DNA of 64,000 nt from assembly GCA_041392065.1 (NCBI GenBank), contig JAWKMU010000005.1, positions 156,340-220,339 of the forward strand. Reading direction: 5' to 3'. The notes under the pieces are model-generated. The model had not been told where the DNA came from. It made no database searches and was given only the letters and a program-made list of their open reading frames with translations. The position numbers and the translations under genes were made by a program. This stretch comes from Flavobacteriaceae bacterium. GTDB taxonomy: Bacteria; Bacteroidota; Bacteroidia; Flavobacteriales; Flavobacteriaceae. Positions 50,741 to 60,281 of this stretch are shown here, piece after piece. Numbering within the stretch: the first letter of the stretch is position 1; every line of letters begins with the position of its first letter.

Positions 50741-50814
50741 GGTCGCGTAGCTCAGCTGGATAGAGCATCTGCCTTCTAAGCAGACGGTCACAGGTTCGAA
50801 TCCTGTCGCGATCA
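50741..50814 (+). tRNA. tRNA-Arg (anticodon TCT)
   Basis: Acceptor ggtcgcg/cgcgatc, D-arm gctc-agctggata-gagc, anticodon stem tctgc/gcaga with loop ctTCTaa, and T-arm acagg-ttcgaat-cctgt. Confidence 0.9.
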
Positions 50815-50838
50815 CTAGAAGCACATTCAATGTGTGTC

Positions 50839-50881
50839 AAAACCTTGCAAACTATATGATTTGCAAGGTTTTCTAGTTTTT
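50839..50881 (+). terminator. strong hairpin/terminator after tRNA-Arg
   Basis: 13-bp stem aaaaccttgcaaa/tttgcaaggtttt with loop ctatatga, followed by a T-rich tract. Confidence 0.7.
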
Positions 50882-51044
50882 AGGGCATCATAAAATTTGA
50901 TATAATTTAATATCTTATGGTCGCTAACCGGTCAACATATAAAATTTCAAAAAAGTGTTGACCGAATAAGAAATAAAAAACTGTAATTCAAGTAGCTGAT
51001 TTGACTTTCGTCTTTGAGTAATGTTTAACTAAAAGACGACAATT

Positions 51045-52307
51045 ATGAGAACTCGGTCAACATTTTCCCTTCTATTTTGGGTTAACACTTCACGATTAAA
51101 AAACAACCAGGTACCAGTTTATGCTAGAATAACTGTTAATGGTAAAAGAGTTAACATCAGTTTAAAACGAAAAGTCATTTTATCCGAATGGGATTCTGCA
51201 AAGAGCAAACTGAAAGGCAACAAACAAGAAGCCAAATTATTTAATAGATTTTTAGAACAAGTTCGTAGCCAAATTTACTTGGCTTACGAACAACTATTGA
51301 GCGAAAACAAGCTTATAACTGCTCAAGCTATCAAAGCTCGGTATTTAGGAGAAGACGAACAACACAGAAGTTTATTAGAGCTTTTCGAATACCACAATAC
51401 TACAATGAGTAAAAATCTTCATAAAGACACAATGAGGCACTACAAGACAACTCAAAGTTACTTAAAGTCCTTTTTGTCCAAAAAAAACAAAACTGACAAT
51501 ATCTACTTATCAAGTTTAGACTATTCATTTATTATAGATTTTGAATATTATTTAAAAGCACACCAACCCACAGACCATCAAAGAAAAATAAGTAATAATA
51601 CTGCAATGAAACATTTGCAGAGGTTGCGTAAAATGGTTACTATGGCATATCATTTAGAATGGATAGATAGAGACCCTTTCTTTAGGTTTAAAAGTTCATT
51701 TGAAAAGAGAGAAAGAGAGTTTTTGTCAGAAAAAGAACTATTATGTTTAGAGAAATTTTCAAATCCAATTGAAAGGCTTAACATCGTTAAAGATTTGTTC
51801 GTATTTAGTTGCTATACTGGTATTTCTTATATAGATCTAAATAATCTTACCCGAGATAATATTGTTAAAGGTATTGATGGTAGCGAATGGTTAATTACCA
51901 AAAGACAAAAAACAAAGACTAGTGTAAAAATTCCCCTTTTGGATAAGGCAGCAGAATTAATTTTCAAATATCAAAAACACCCTAGAGTTATTGCTAATAA
52001 TGGTATTCTTCCAAGGCTATCAAATCAGAGGATTAATGCGTATTTAAAAGAAATAGCTGACATATGTAAAATCAAAAAGAACTTAACGTTTCATATCGCA
52101 AGACATACATTTGCAACAACAGTAACGCTTTCCAATGGTGTTCCAATAGAAACAGTTTCAAAACTATTAGGACATACCAAAATCGCTACAACTCAAATTT
52201 ATGCTAGAGTTATCGAAAGAAAGGTTAGCGAGGATATTAATATACTTAAGGATAAACTTAATAACAAGCTGGATGACAAAAATGGAAAGCAAGTTCAAAC
52301 CTCATAA
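51045..52307 (+). CDS. site-specific tyrosine recombinase (Bacteroidota integrase with an N-terminal Arm-DNA-binding and SAM-like domain)
   Basis: 420 aa. The N-terminus (FSLLFWVNTSRLKNNQVPVYARITVNGKRVNISLKRK) is typical of CTn/IME integrases. The catalytic region has HIARHTFATT (HxxR), LGHTKIATTQIYARV (His/Tyr). Confidence 0.9.
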   Translation: MRTRSTFSLLFWVNTSRLKNNQVPVYARITVNGKRVNISLKRKVILSEWDSAKSKLKGNKQEAKLFNRFLEQVRSQIYLAYEQLLSENKLITAQAIKARYLGEDEQHRSLLELFEYHNTTMSKNLHKDTMRHYKTTQSYLKSFLSKKNKTDNIYLSSLDYSFIIDFEYYLKAHQPTDHQRKISNNTAMKHLQRLRKMVTMAYHLEWIDRDPFFRFKSSFEKREREFLSEKELLCLEKFSNPIERLNIVKDLFVFSCYTGISYIDLNNLTRDNIVKGIDGSEWLITKRQKTKTSVKIPLLDKAAELIFKYQKHPRVIANNGILPRLSNQRINAYLKEIADICKIKKNLTFHIARHTFATTVTLSNGVPIETVSKLLGHTKIATTQIYARVIERKVSEDINILKDKLNNKLDDKNGKQVQTS

Positions 52308-52317
52308 GAACAAGTAT

Positions 52318-53166
52318 CTATGTAAATTTAAATCCTTGTTTCTTTCTAAAATGACGAGGACTCTGTCCTTTTATATTTTTAAAGGTTCTATTAAAGTGAC
52401 TTATACTCTCAAATCCACTTACGTATGCAATATCTTGTATAGGTTTATTAGTTGTTGATAGCATAAAACAAACTTGTTCAATTCTACTATGATTTAAAAA
52501 GGATATAAAAGAATGTCCTGTATGCTTTTTAAACCATCTACAAAATGATTGCGGTACCATATTAGTTAATTCTGCCATCCTATTAACTGTTAATTGCTCA
52601 TTAAGATGTTCTAAAACATAGTTGGTTGTTTTTGTAACTTTTAACTGATTACCATAGTTATGTAATCGATTGGTGTAGTTTTTTGAAGATAATAGATTAT
52701 AATTTTTATCAAAACAAAGTTCTTCTAAGATTTCAATGAGCTTCACTAGTTTCGATGTGTTAGATAATTTTTCAAAAGATATAATACTTTCAACAACTTT
52801 TTTTGTTGGTTTATAAAAATGTATCCCTTGTTTGGCTATTCTATACAAGTCTTCAAAAATTTCACATTCATTAAAATCCTTAAAAAGAGACTCTTTGAAT
52901 TGGAAAACATATGCCTCTTGGTTTTCTTTTTTTGAAGCACTTACCCAATGATGAGGTAAGTTTTTACCAACAAGTACTAGGTCTAAATCCGAAAAGGATG
53001 CAATAGAATCACCAATAAATCTTGTGCCTTTACCTTTTGATATTAAGGTAAGCTCTAGTTCTGGATGGTAATGCCAATAGGGTAAAAAAACGGTTTCACT
53101 TCTTTTAAAAAAATGAAACGAATGTTTTGTTTTTTCAACATTAATTTGTTCTAACTCTGGCTTCAT
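52318..53166 (-). CDS. AraC-family transcriptional regulator (N-terminal cupin plus C-terminal HTH)
   Basis: 282 aa. The cupin-like N-terminal half (WHYHPELELTLISKGKGTRFIGD) is followed by an AraC HTH (IQDIAYVSGFESISHFNRTFKNIKGQSPRHFRK). It is divergent from the cargo operon. Confidence 0.88.
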   Translation of the reverse strand: MKPELEQINVEKTKHSFHFFKRSETVFLPYWHYHPELELTLISKGKGTRFIGDSIASFSDLDLVLVGKNLPHHWVSASKKENQEAYVFQFKESLFKDFNECEIFEDLYRIAKQGIHFYKPTKKVVESIISFEKLSNTSKLVKLIEILEELCFDKNYNLLSSKNYTNRLHNYGNQLKVTKTTNYVLEHLNEQLTVNRMAELTNMVPQSFCRWFKKHTGHSFISFLNHSRIEQVCFMLSTTNKPIQDIAYVSGFESISHFNRTFKNIKGQSPRHFRKKQGFKFT

Positions 53167-53267
53167 ATCGTATAAAATAACGCAAAATATATTAAATTAT
53201 ATTAAGTAATGTTTAAATATGCATAGTATTGGTTGATTTTTGCAAATAAAGAACTTTTAGCAAATAT

Positions 53268-53275
53268 TACTTTTG
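53268..53275 (+). promoter_or_regulatory. candidate -7 box (TActTTTG) of the cargo operon
   Basis: Exact TAnnTTTG match 25 nt upstream of the ATG at 53300. Two direct GCAAATA repeats lie just upstream (53242-53248 and 53260-53266). Confidence 0.45.
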
Positions 53276-53299
53276 GAAACTAACAAAACAATATTAGTT

Positions 53300-54112
53300 A
53301 TGCTTACCAAAACAGTTTTACAAGAAGATTATTCGTTAACAGAAGAACAGATTACTTTTTATCAAAAGCATAGGTATATTAAATTAAAACATGTGCTTAA
53401 TGGTGAAACCTTGGCTTATTTCAATACAATTATCAGTAATAAAGTAAATGAACTAAATGAAGAAGATATTCCTTTAGAAAATCGTTCTACTTACGGAAAA
53501 GCCTTTTTACAATTATTCAATCTTTGGACAAAAGATGAAGAAATTAAAGATTTAGTATTTAGCAAACGGTTGGCAAAAATTGCATCAGATTTAATGCAAG
53601 TAGATGGTGTACGTTTATATCATGATCAGGCACTATTTAAAGAAGCTGGTGGTGGTATAACACCATGGCACGCAGACCAACACTACTGGCCATTAACAAC
53701 TGACAAAACCATTACTGCTTGGATTCCTTTGCAAGAAACACCTTTAGAAATGGGACCTCTAGAATTTAGTGCAGGCAGTCATGAAATTCTTGAAGGAAGA
53801 GAACTATCTATAAGTGATAATAGTGAAACTCAAATCGAAAAGCGTCTGAAAGTCACAGACTTTAAGCACATTATAGAGCCTTTTGATGCTGGTGAGATAA
53901 GCTTTCATTCGGGTTGGGTTTTTCATCGTGCTGGTGCAAATACCACAGACCAAATACGGAAAGTGATGACAATAATATATATGGATAAGGATATGGTACT
54001 AAAAAAACCATCTAATGATGGACAGCAAAACGATTGGGAAACATGGTGTCCAGGAGCTAAAATAGGTGAAGTAATAAACACACCTTTAAACCCTGTACTA
54101 TATGGAAATTAA
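53300..54112 (+). CDS. phytanoyl-CoA dioxygenase (PhyH) family Fe(II)/2-oxoglutarate oxygenase
   Basis: I moved the start to the ATG at 53300; the track starts at a TTG at 53273. The HxD of the facial triad is in GITPWHADQHYW and the distal His region is ISFHSGWVFHRAG. No signal peptide. Confidence 0.75.
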   Translation: MLTKTVLQEDYSLTEEQITFYQKHRYIKLKHVLNGETLAYFNTIISNKVNELNEEDIPLENRSTYGKAFLQLFNLWTKDEEIKDLVFSKRLAKIASDLMQVDGVRLYHDQALFKEAGGGITPWHADQHYWPLTTDKTITAWIPLQETPLEMGPLEFSAGSHEILEGRELSISDNSETQIEKRLKVTDFKHIIEPFDAGEISFHSGWVFHRAGANTTDQIRKVMTIIYMDKDMVLKKPSNDGQQNDWETWCPGAKIGEVINTPLNPVLYGN

Positions 54113-54929
54113 ATATCTGTGTCCATATTGGGGAAGTGAAGAATATCAACCCCAAACCTTTATTGACTATGTGAAGGATAAAGGTTATGATGGCATTGAA
54201 ATAAATATTCCAAACGATACAATTTTCGAAACAAAGTTCTATGATGCCTTAAATAAGGTTAGAAGAGAAAGTCCAAACTTTATATGTGGATTACAACAGG
54301 TTTTTAGCATTAAAAAAGAAACACCAGAGGAGTATCTTGATAAGGTTCTAAAAAGAATGTCTGATATGGTACACTACCAGCCAGATTTTATTAATTCTCA
54401 TACAGGTAAAGATTATTATTCTTTTAGTGATAATTGTAAAATTATTGATGCAATTGAGGAGTTTTCTATTAAAACAGGCATTCCTGTTTATCACGAAATA
54501 CATAGAGGACGTTTCACGTTTCATTCTCAAGCTACGATACGTTATTTAGATGTTTTTCCTAGTTTAAAATTTGTGGGTGACTTTTCACATTGGTGTGTGG
54601 TTTCAGAATCTTTACTTCAAGACCAAGAAGAAGCTATCCGAAGAGTTATTCCACATATTGCTCATTTACATGCAAGAGTGGCTACAGAACAAGCTTCTCA
54701 AATTAATAATCCTTTTGCACCTGAATGGTCTGAACATTTAAAACGATTTACAAAAATTTGGAAAGACACAACAGATTATTTAAAAAGTAGAAAAAGTCAA
54801 TTTTCTATCACACCTGAGTTTGGACCATTTCCATATATGCCACAAGCACCATTTACACAAGAACCTCTGTCAAATCAGAGAGAAATAAACGAAAGAATGA
54901 AAGATTACTTAAAATCACAGCTATCATGA
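54102..54929 (+). CDS. xylose-isomerase-like TIM-barrel protein (sugar phosphate isomerase/epimerase family)
   Basis: 275 aa. I called the family from its length and pattern (GYDGIEINIP, HLHARV). It overlaps the upstream gene by 11 nt and the downstream gene by 4 nt (ATGA). No signal peptide. Confidence 0.55.
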   Translation: MEIKYLCPYWGSEEYQPQTFIDYVKDKGYDGIEINIPNDTIFETKFYDALNKVRRESPNFICGLQQVFSIKKETPEEYLDKVLKRMSDMVHYQPDFINSHTGKDYYSFSDNCKIIDAIEEFSIKTGIPVYHEIHRGRFTFHSQATIRYLDVFPSLKFVGDFSHWCVVSESLLQDQEEAIRRVIPHIAHLHARVATEQASQINNPFAPEWSEHLKRFTKIWKDTTDYLKSRKSQFSITPEFGPFPYMPQAPFTQEPLSNQREINERMKDYLKSQLS

Positions 54930-56959
54930 AGAAAACAGTTAGCATTATAGCAGTATTAACAATGTTTGCTTGTAAAGAGGAAAAACAAAATTCACAAGGA
55001 GAGAACTTCAATAACAATGTAAATAAAGTTACTGCAACTATTATAGATGATTCTGAGCAGCTAAAGTTTTTTAATAACCCAAAGCAGCCCTTACAGCCAA
55101 AATTTCAACAATTTTCGTCAGGCAGTATACAACCTAAAGGATGGATTCTTAGTATGATGCAAAGCGATTTGCAACAAGGTATTGTTGGAGCTTTAGGTGA
55201 GTTGTATCCAGGAATTAAATCAGACGACTTATATAACACTGCACGTCGTGGCGGAATGGAAGATATTCCGGAAATGGGTGATTTGGTTTTAACAGGTGCA
55301 GCTTGGGAAAAGTCAATTATGTGGTGGAATGCTGAAACCATTGGTAACTGGTGGGACGGATTTGTAAGACATGCTTTTTTAACTAACGATACAAAAGCTA
55401 TTCAACAATCTCACGATGTGATTAAAAATTTGCTAGCATCACAAGATGAAGATGGTTATATAGGGATTTACAAACCTAATTTACGTTACCAACACGAAGG
55501 TTCAAATGGTGAACTTTGGGCACAAACAACGGCTTTTAGAACAATGTTGGCTTATTATGAGTTTACGCAAGACAAATCAGTTTTAGATGCTGTAGAAAAA
55601 GCGATGCAATTAACTATTAAAAATTATGGTGAAACAGGTAAAAATCCGTTTTATCTAAAAAATGCTTTTGGTGGTGTTACGCACGGATTGATGCTTACTG
55701 ACGTTTGCGAAACCTTATTCAGAATTACAAAAGATCTAACGTATCAAGATTATGCTACGTATTTGTATAAAGCCTTTTCGACCTATTCTATAAATCGTTC
55801 TTTTAACGATTTACGATATCCATATTTAAAAGAAAAAGATTCACTTTTTGAAGGTCACGGAGTGCATACTTACGAGCACATTCGCACAATGGTAAACGCA
55901 TATTATAACACAGGCTATCCTGAGCTAAAAACTGCATACAATAATATGCTAAGCAAGTTAGAACCTGTGATTTTACCAAGTGGTGCTGGACATGCAGATG
56001 AATGGCTTCTAAAAAAAGAAGCAGATCCAACCAAAACTGCTTCAGAGTACTGCAGTATGTTAGAATTAAGAAATTCTTACGGTAGTTTAATACAGAAAAC
56101 TGGAAATGTTTCTTTTGCAGATGCTGCTGAAAAGCTTACTTACAATGCAATGCTTGGCACTAGAAATAAACAAGGCACAGCAATTACCTATAGTAAATTT
56201 GATAATTGTTATTTGCTAGATGGTAAACATCATCATGGCGATGACGAAAAAGTAGAACCACGCTATAAATACTCACCAACACACTCAGAACCTGCTGTTT
56301 GTTGTGTACCAAACTACACTAGGAATTTTCCATATTTCTTAGAACAGATGTGGATGAAATCTGAAAATGGTATTGCATCTGTAATGTTTGGACCTTCAAA
56401 ACTCACAACGCAAATTGAAGACGCTGAAGTTTCTATCGAACAAATTACAAATTATCCAATGTCTGATGAGGTGACGTATAGATTCACGATGGAAAAACCA
56501 AAATCGTTCAGTTTTCAAATCAGACAACCAGAATGGTCTAGCGGATTAGAAAGTAATATTGCGTTAGGTGATCTGAAAGATGGATTTTATACAATTTCAA
56601 AAGAATGGAATAATGATGATGAGATTACTATCAAATTCAATAATGAAATCAAGCAGTATACGGCTTTAAATAATGAGGTATACTTACAACGTGGACCCAT
56701 TGTTTACGCATATGAAATTCCGCACAAAGAAGAAACTATAAAAACATTTGGATTCAAAAACTTTAGAGATTATCACTGTTTTCCAATAAATAATACTTAT
56801 AAAAGTTTACAGTTTCTAGACATTACTTCGTTTACAGTTTCTGAAGAAAAAAACCTTGAAGGCAAATTATATGATGTTTCACAACAGAAAGAATCTGATG
56901 TTACTTTGATACCTATGGGAAAAACAGTATTAAGAAGAGTAACTTTTCCAAAAAAATAA
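54926..56959 (+). CDS. GH127-like (DUF1680 / beta-L-arabinofuranosidase-fold) glycoside hydrolase, lipoprotein
   Basis: 677 aa. Lipoprotein signal IIAVLTMFACKEEK. Size and (alpha/alpha)6-type N-terminal half fit the family. The conserved Cys-Cys motif context, EPAVCCVPNYTRNFPYF, resembles the Zn/catalytic Cys pair of GH127. Confidence 0.6.
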   Translation: MKKTVSIIAVLTMFACKEEKQNSQGENFNNNVNKVTATIIDDSEQLKFFNNPKQPLQPKFQQFSSGSIQPKGWILSMMQSDLQQGIVGALGELYPGIKSDDLYNTARRGGMEDIPEMGDLVLTGAAWEKSIMWWNAETIGNWWDGFVRHAFLTNDTKAIQQSHDVIKNLLASQDEDGYIGIYKPNLRYQHEGSNGELWAQTTAFRTMLAYYEFTQDKSVLDAVEKAMQLTIKNYGETGKNPFYLKNAFGGVTHGLMLTDVCETLFRITKDLTYQDYATYLYKAFSTYSINRSFNDLRYPYLKEKDSLFEGHGVHTYEHIRTMVNAYYNTGYPELKTAYNNMLSKLEPVILPSGAGHADEWLLKKEADPTKTASEYCSMLELRNSYGSLIQKTGNVSFADAAEKLTYNAMLGTRNKQGTAITYSKFDNCYLLDGKHHHGDDEKVEPRYKYSPTHSEPAVCCVPNYTRNFPYFLEQMWMKSENGIASVMFGPSKLTTQIEDAEVSIEQITNYPMSDEVTYRFTMEKPKSFSFQIRQPEWSSGLESNIALGDLKDGFYTISKEWNNDDEITIKFNNEIKQYTALNNEVYLQRGPIVYAYEIPHKEETIKTFGFKNFRDYHCFPINNTYKSLQFLDITSFTVSEEKNLEGKLYDVSQQKESDVTLIPMGKTVLRRVTFPKK

Positions 56960-56962
56960 ACC

Positions 56963-58603
56963 ATGAAAAACAACATTATAACAATACTATTATTATCGAT
57001 TATTACTTTCAACTCGTGTAAAGAATATAAAAAGTCTCAGGTAATTTCAGAAGAAAAAACAATAGAGCCAATAAACTGGAATAACGAAGTGATTTATCAC
57101 GTAATGCAACGTAGTTTTTATGATAGTAATGGCGATTTACACGGAGACTTAAATGGCTTTGTAGAAAAATTAGATTATTTAAAAGATTTAGGCGTAACTA
57201 CCATTTTGTTTACACCTTTATATGAATCAGATTTTTATCACAATTACTTTCCTACGAATTATCAAAACATCGATCCAGAATACGGAACCAAAGATGATTA
57301 TATCAATTTTGTAAAAGCCGTTCATAAAAAAGGATTGAAGTTTTTAATGGATATGGAAACACAATATGCTCAAAGTGGTAATATTTGGTTTGACGATTCG
57401 TACAAAAATCCGAAGTCTGAATATTCAGATTTTATTTATTACACAGATACGTCAAATCAGTATCCCGAACAGATTTTCATGAAACCTAACTCACCACTGC
57501 ATGATTTCAATCTTTGGCCAAATAAAAAGCGAAATATAGTGTTACTCGATCTAAATCATCAAAGGGTAAAAGATTATATGATGGATTTTTACACCTATTG
57601 GGTTGACCCAAATAAAGATGGAAATTTTGATGATGGTGTAGATGGTTTTAGAATTGACCATATTATGGATGACCTTGATTACAAAGGCATTTTCGTGAAT
57701 ATGTATCAAGATTTTTGGAAGCCAATTTTCACTGAATGCAAAACCATTAATCCAAATATTTTTGTACTTGGAGAGCAATCTAACTGGAATAATTATGGCG
57801 AAGAAATGGTTAGTAAAAGTGGTGCAGACGCAGCATTTAGTTTTCCGTTACGTTTTGCTTTAGCTGGTGAAGAAGGTACACACGATATGTATATTGACCC
57901 AACTTCAAAAGGTGTAAAAATGGACCCAAAACGTATTCATAACGAAGTAAATGAAACAATGAAACGTTTTAATGATAGTACATTTACAGTTAATTTTTTA
58001 GAAAACCACGATACAGCTCGTTGGGCTTCTGTTGTAAATAATAATGAAGGACAAAAACGTGTAGCAGCTGTTTTAAATGTGTTACTGCCTGGAGTTCCAT
58101 CTATTTATTATGGGCAAGAACTTGGTTTAACAGGTCAAACCAATGAATGGGGAAGCGATGCCAATCATATTCCGGTTCGCGAAGCATTTCCATGGACTTC
58201 AAATTTTAATGATAAAGGAAATGCTGTTTGGTATAAAAATACTGGTGAATGGTGGGATAACTCTATTTGGAATTCTGATGCCATCACAACTCTGAGTTTA
58301 AAGGCTCAAAAAGCAAATAAAAACTCTATATGGTTTCATTACGAGAAGCTAATTGAAATACGAACTAAAAATGAAGCCTTTCGTTTAGGGAACTATGAGC
58401 CTTTATTTACAGATATTGATGGTGTTTTAGCTTTCAATAGAGCAATTGACAATCAATCTTTTACAGTTATAGTAAATGTTTCTGAAAATCAAGTAACTAT
58501 TGATAATTTTCAATATGGTGAAGTGGTTTACGAAAATCTATCTTTAAAAAATAATAACTCATTAACTTTAAAACCTTACGGTTTTATAATTGTAAAAAAA
58601 TAA
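56963..58603 (+). CDS. GH13 alpha-amylase-family glycoside hydrolase, lipoprotein
   Basis: 546 aa. Signal LLLSIITFNSCKE. GH13 regions are present: I (FYHNYFPTNY area), II (VDGFRIDHIMD), III (VLGEQ) and IV (FLENHDTARW). Confidence 0.85.
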   Translation: MKNNIITILLLSIITFNSCKEYKKSQVISEEKTIEPINWNNEVIYHVMQRSFYDSNGDLHGDLNGFVEKLDYLKDLGVTTILFTPLYESDFYHNYFPTNYQNIDPEYGTKDDYINFVKAVHKKGLKFLMDMETQYAQSGNIWFDDSYKNPKSEYSDFIYYTDTSNQYPEQIFMKPNSPLHDFNLWPNKKRNIVLLDLNHQRVKDYMMDFYTYWVDPNKDGNFDDGVDGFRIDHIMDDLDYKGIFVNMYQDFWKPIFTECKTINPNIFVLGEQSNWNNYGEEMVSKSGADAAFSFPLRFALAGEEGTHDMYIDPTSKGVKMDPKRIHNEVNETMKRFNDSTFTVNFLENHDTARWASVVNNNEGQKRVAAVLNVLLPGVPSIYYGQELGLTGQTNEWGSDANHIPVREAFPWTSNFNDKGNAVWYKNTGEWWDNSIWNSDAITTLSLKAQKANKNSIWFHYEKLIEIRTKNEAFRLGNYEPLFTDIDGVLAFNRAIDNQSFTVIVNVSENQVTIDNFQYGEVVYENLSLKNNNSLTLKPYGFIIVKK

Positions 58604-58607
58604 CCTT

Positions 58608-60236
58608 ATGCAAATACGTCTTCCCTTATTACTCATAGTAACACTCTTTTTTTCGTCTTGCAAACAGAATTTTAAAAATGATAAAAGTATTGAGGAAAGG
58701 TCACCAAACATCATTTTTATAATGACCGACGATCATGCTTATCAAGCGATTAGTGCTTATGGCTCAAAATTAATGCAAACACCAAATATAGATCGTTTGG
58801 CTAATGAGGGTATGCTATTTAATAAAGGCTATGTTACAAATTCTATCTGTTCACCAAGTAGAGCGGTTGCCTTAACAGGTAAGTTTAGTCATTTAAATGG
58901 TGTGCGTGATAACTTAGATGTATTCGATTCCACTCAAGTAACATTCCCAAAAATTCTACAAAAACAAGGCTATCAAACAGCAATTGTGGGAAAATGGCAT
59001 TTAAAATCAGAACCTACTGGTTTTGACTATGGGAAAGTATTACCAGACCAAGGGCACTATTACGATCCCGAATTTAGGACACCAAATGGAATTGTAAAAG
59101 AAGAAGGTTATGTAACAGACGTAACTACCGATTTAGCTTTAAACTATTTAGATTCTTTAAGAGATAAAGAGAAACCTTTCCTATTAATGTACCATCATAA
59201 AGCACCACATCGACAATGGTGGCCAAGTATGGAAGATTTAGAAGCTTATAAAGATTCAGAAATTCCATCGCCAGCAACCTTATATGATACTTATGTAAAC
59301 CGAGGAACCGCGGCAAAGGAAGCTGAAATGCGCATTAATGACCATATGGCATTATCTATGGATAATAAGATACGACCAGACCTATTAAAAACAATGAATC
59401 TAGAAGAGTTTTTAAGCTGGTATGAATCGTCTTACTTGGAGCGATACAATCGTTTAAATAATGAAGAAAAACGAAAATGGGATGCAGTATATGGACCAAT
59501 TAATGAAGACTTTAAAAAAAATAAACCACAAGGTGAAGCGCTAACATATTGGAAATATCAACGCTATATGCAAGACTATTTAGCTTCTTTAAAAAGTGTA
59601 GATAGAAATATTGGTCGTTTGTTAGACTATTTAGAGCAAAACAATTTAGTTGAAAACACAATTATTGTTTACACCTCAGACCAAGGGTTTTATTTGGGTG
59701 AACATGGTTGGTTTGACAAGCGTTTTATGTACGAACCCTCATTTAGGACACCTTTAATAATAAAATATCCTAAACTAATTAAAGCCGGCAGTATAAATAA
59801 CAATCTAGTTCAAAACGTTGATTTTGCACCAACGTTTTTAGACTTGTCTGGTGCTACAATTCCAAATGATATGCAAGGTGAGAGTCTGTTGCCATTATTT
59901 AGTAATGATAATTCTAATTGGAGAGATGCATTGTATTATCATTATTATGAATATCCTGGAATACATATGGTTAAACGTCACTTTGGAGTAAGAACAGAAC
60001 GATATAAATTAATTCACTTTTATTATGACGTTGATGAGTGGGAATTATACGATTTAGAAAAAGACCCTGAAGAACTGAATAATGTTTATAACAATCCAGA
60101 GTATAAAGTAGTACAACAAGAAATGCACAAACGATTGGATGAATTAAGAGTCCAATATAAAGACAACTCGGATAGTTTAAATCAACAATGGATTGAAAGT
60201 GATATAAAACGTCTTAAAAGCTTAGGTTGGTATTAA
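58608..60236 (+). CDS. S1-family (formylglycine-dependent) sulfatase, lipoprotein
   Basis: 542 aa. Signal LFFSSCKQNF. Motifs are PNIIFIMTDDH, the C-x-P-x-R signature NSICSPSRAVALTG and GKWHL. Confidence 0.9.
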   Translation: MQIRLPLLLIVTLFFSSCKQNFKNDKSIEERSPNIIFIMTDDHAYQAISAYGSKLMQTPNIDRLANEGMLFNKGYVTNSICSPSRAVALTGKFSHLNGVRDNLDVFDSTQVTFPKILQKQGYQTAIVGKWHLKSEPTGFDYGKVLPDQGHYYDPEFRTPNGIVKEEGYVTDVTTDLALNYLDSLRDKEKPFLLMYHHKAPHRQWWPSMEDLEAYKDSEIPSPATLYDTYVNRGTAAKEAEMRINDHMALSMDNKIRPDLLKTMNLEEFLSWYESSYLERYNRLNNEEKRKWDAVYGPINEDFKKNKPQGEALTYWKYQRYMQDYLASLKSVDRNIGRLLDYLEQNNLVENTIIVYTSDQGFYLGEHGWFDKRFMYEPSFRTPLIIKYPKLIKAGSINNNLVQNVDFAPTFLDLSGATIPNDMQGESLLPLFSNDNSNWRDALYYHYYEYPGIHMVKRHFGVRTERYKLIHFYYDVDEWELYDLEKDPEELNNVYNNPEYKVVQQEMHKRLDELRVQYKDNSDSLNQQWIESDIKRLKSLGWY

Positions 60237-60281
60237 TCAACTTATATTCAAACAATTCAAATAAATACTCAATTCTTCAAA

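Noticed and set aside
50590-50810. The repeated ggttcgaatcctg segments in tRNA-Pro and tRNA-Arg as possible att-site duplications
   Set aside because: These are the conserved T-arm and T-loop of two different tRNAs, not a duplication created by integration. I found no copy of the tRNA-Arg acceptor 3' end elsewhere in the window.
52201-52458. An 85-aa + strand ORF bridging the integrase 3' end and the AraC gene
   Set aside because: It is out of frame with the integrase and antisense to the AraC C-terminal HTH region. Nothing supports it.
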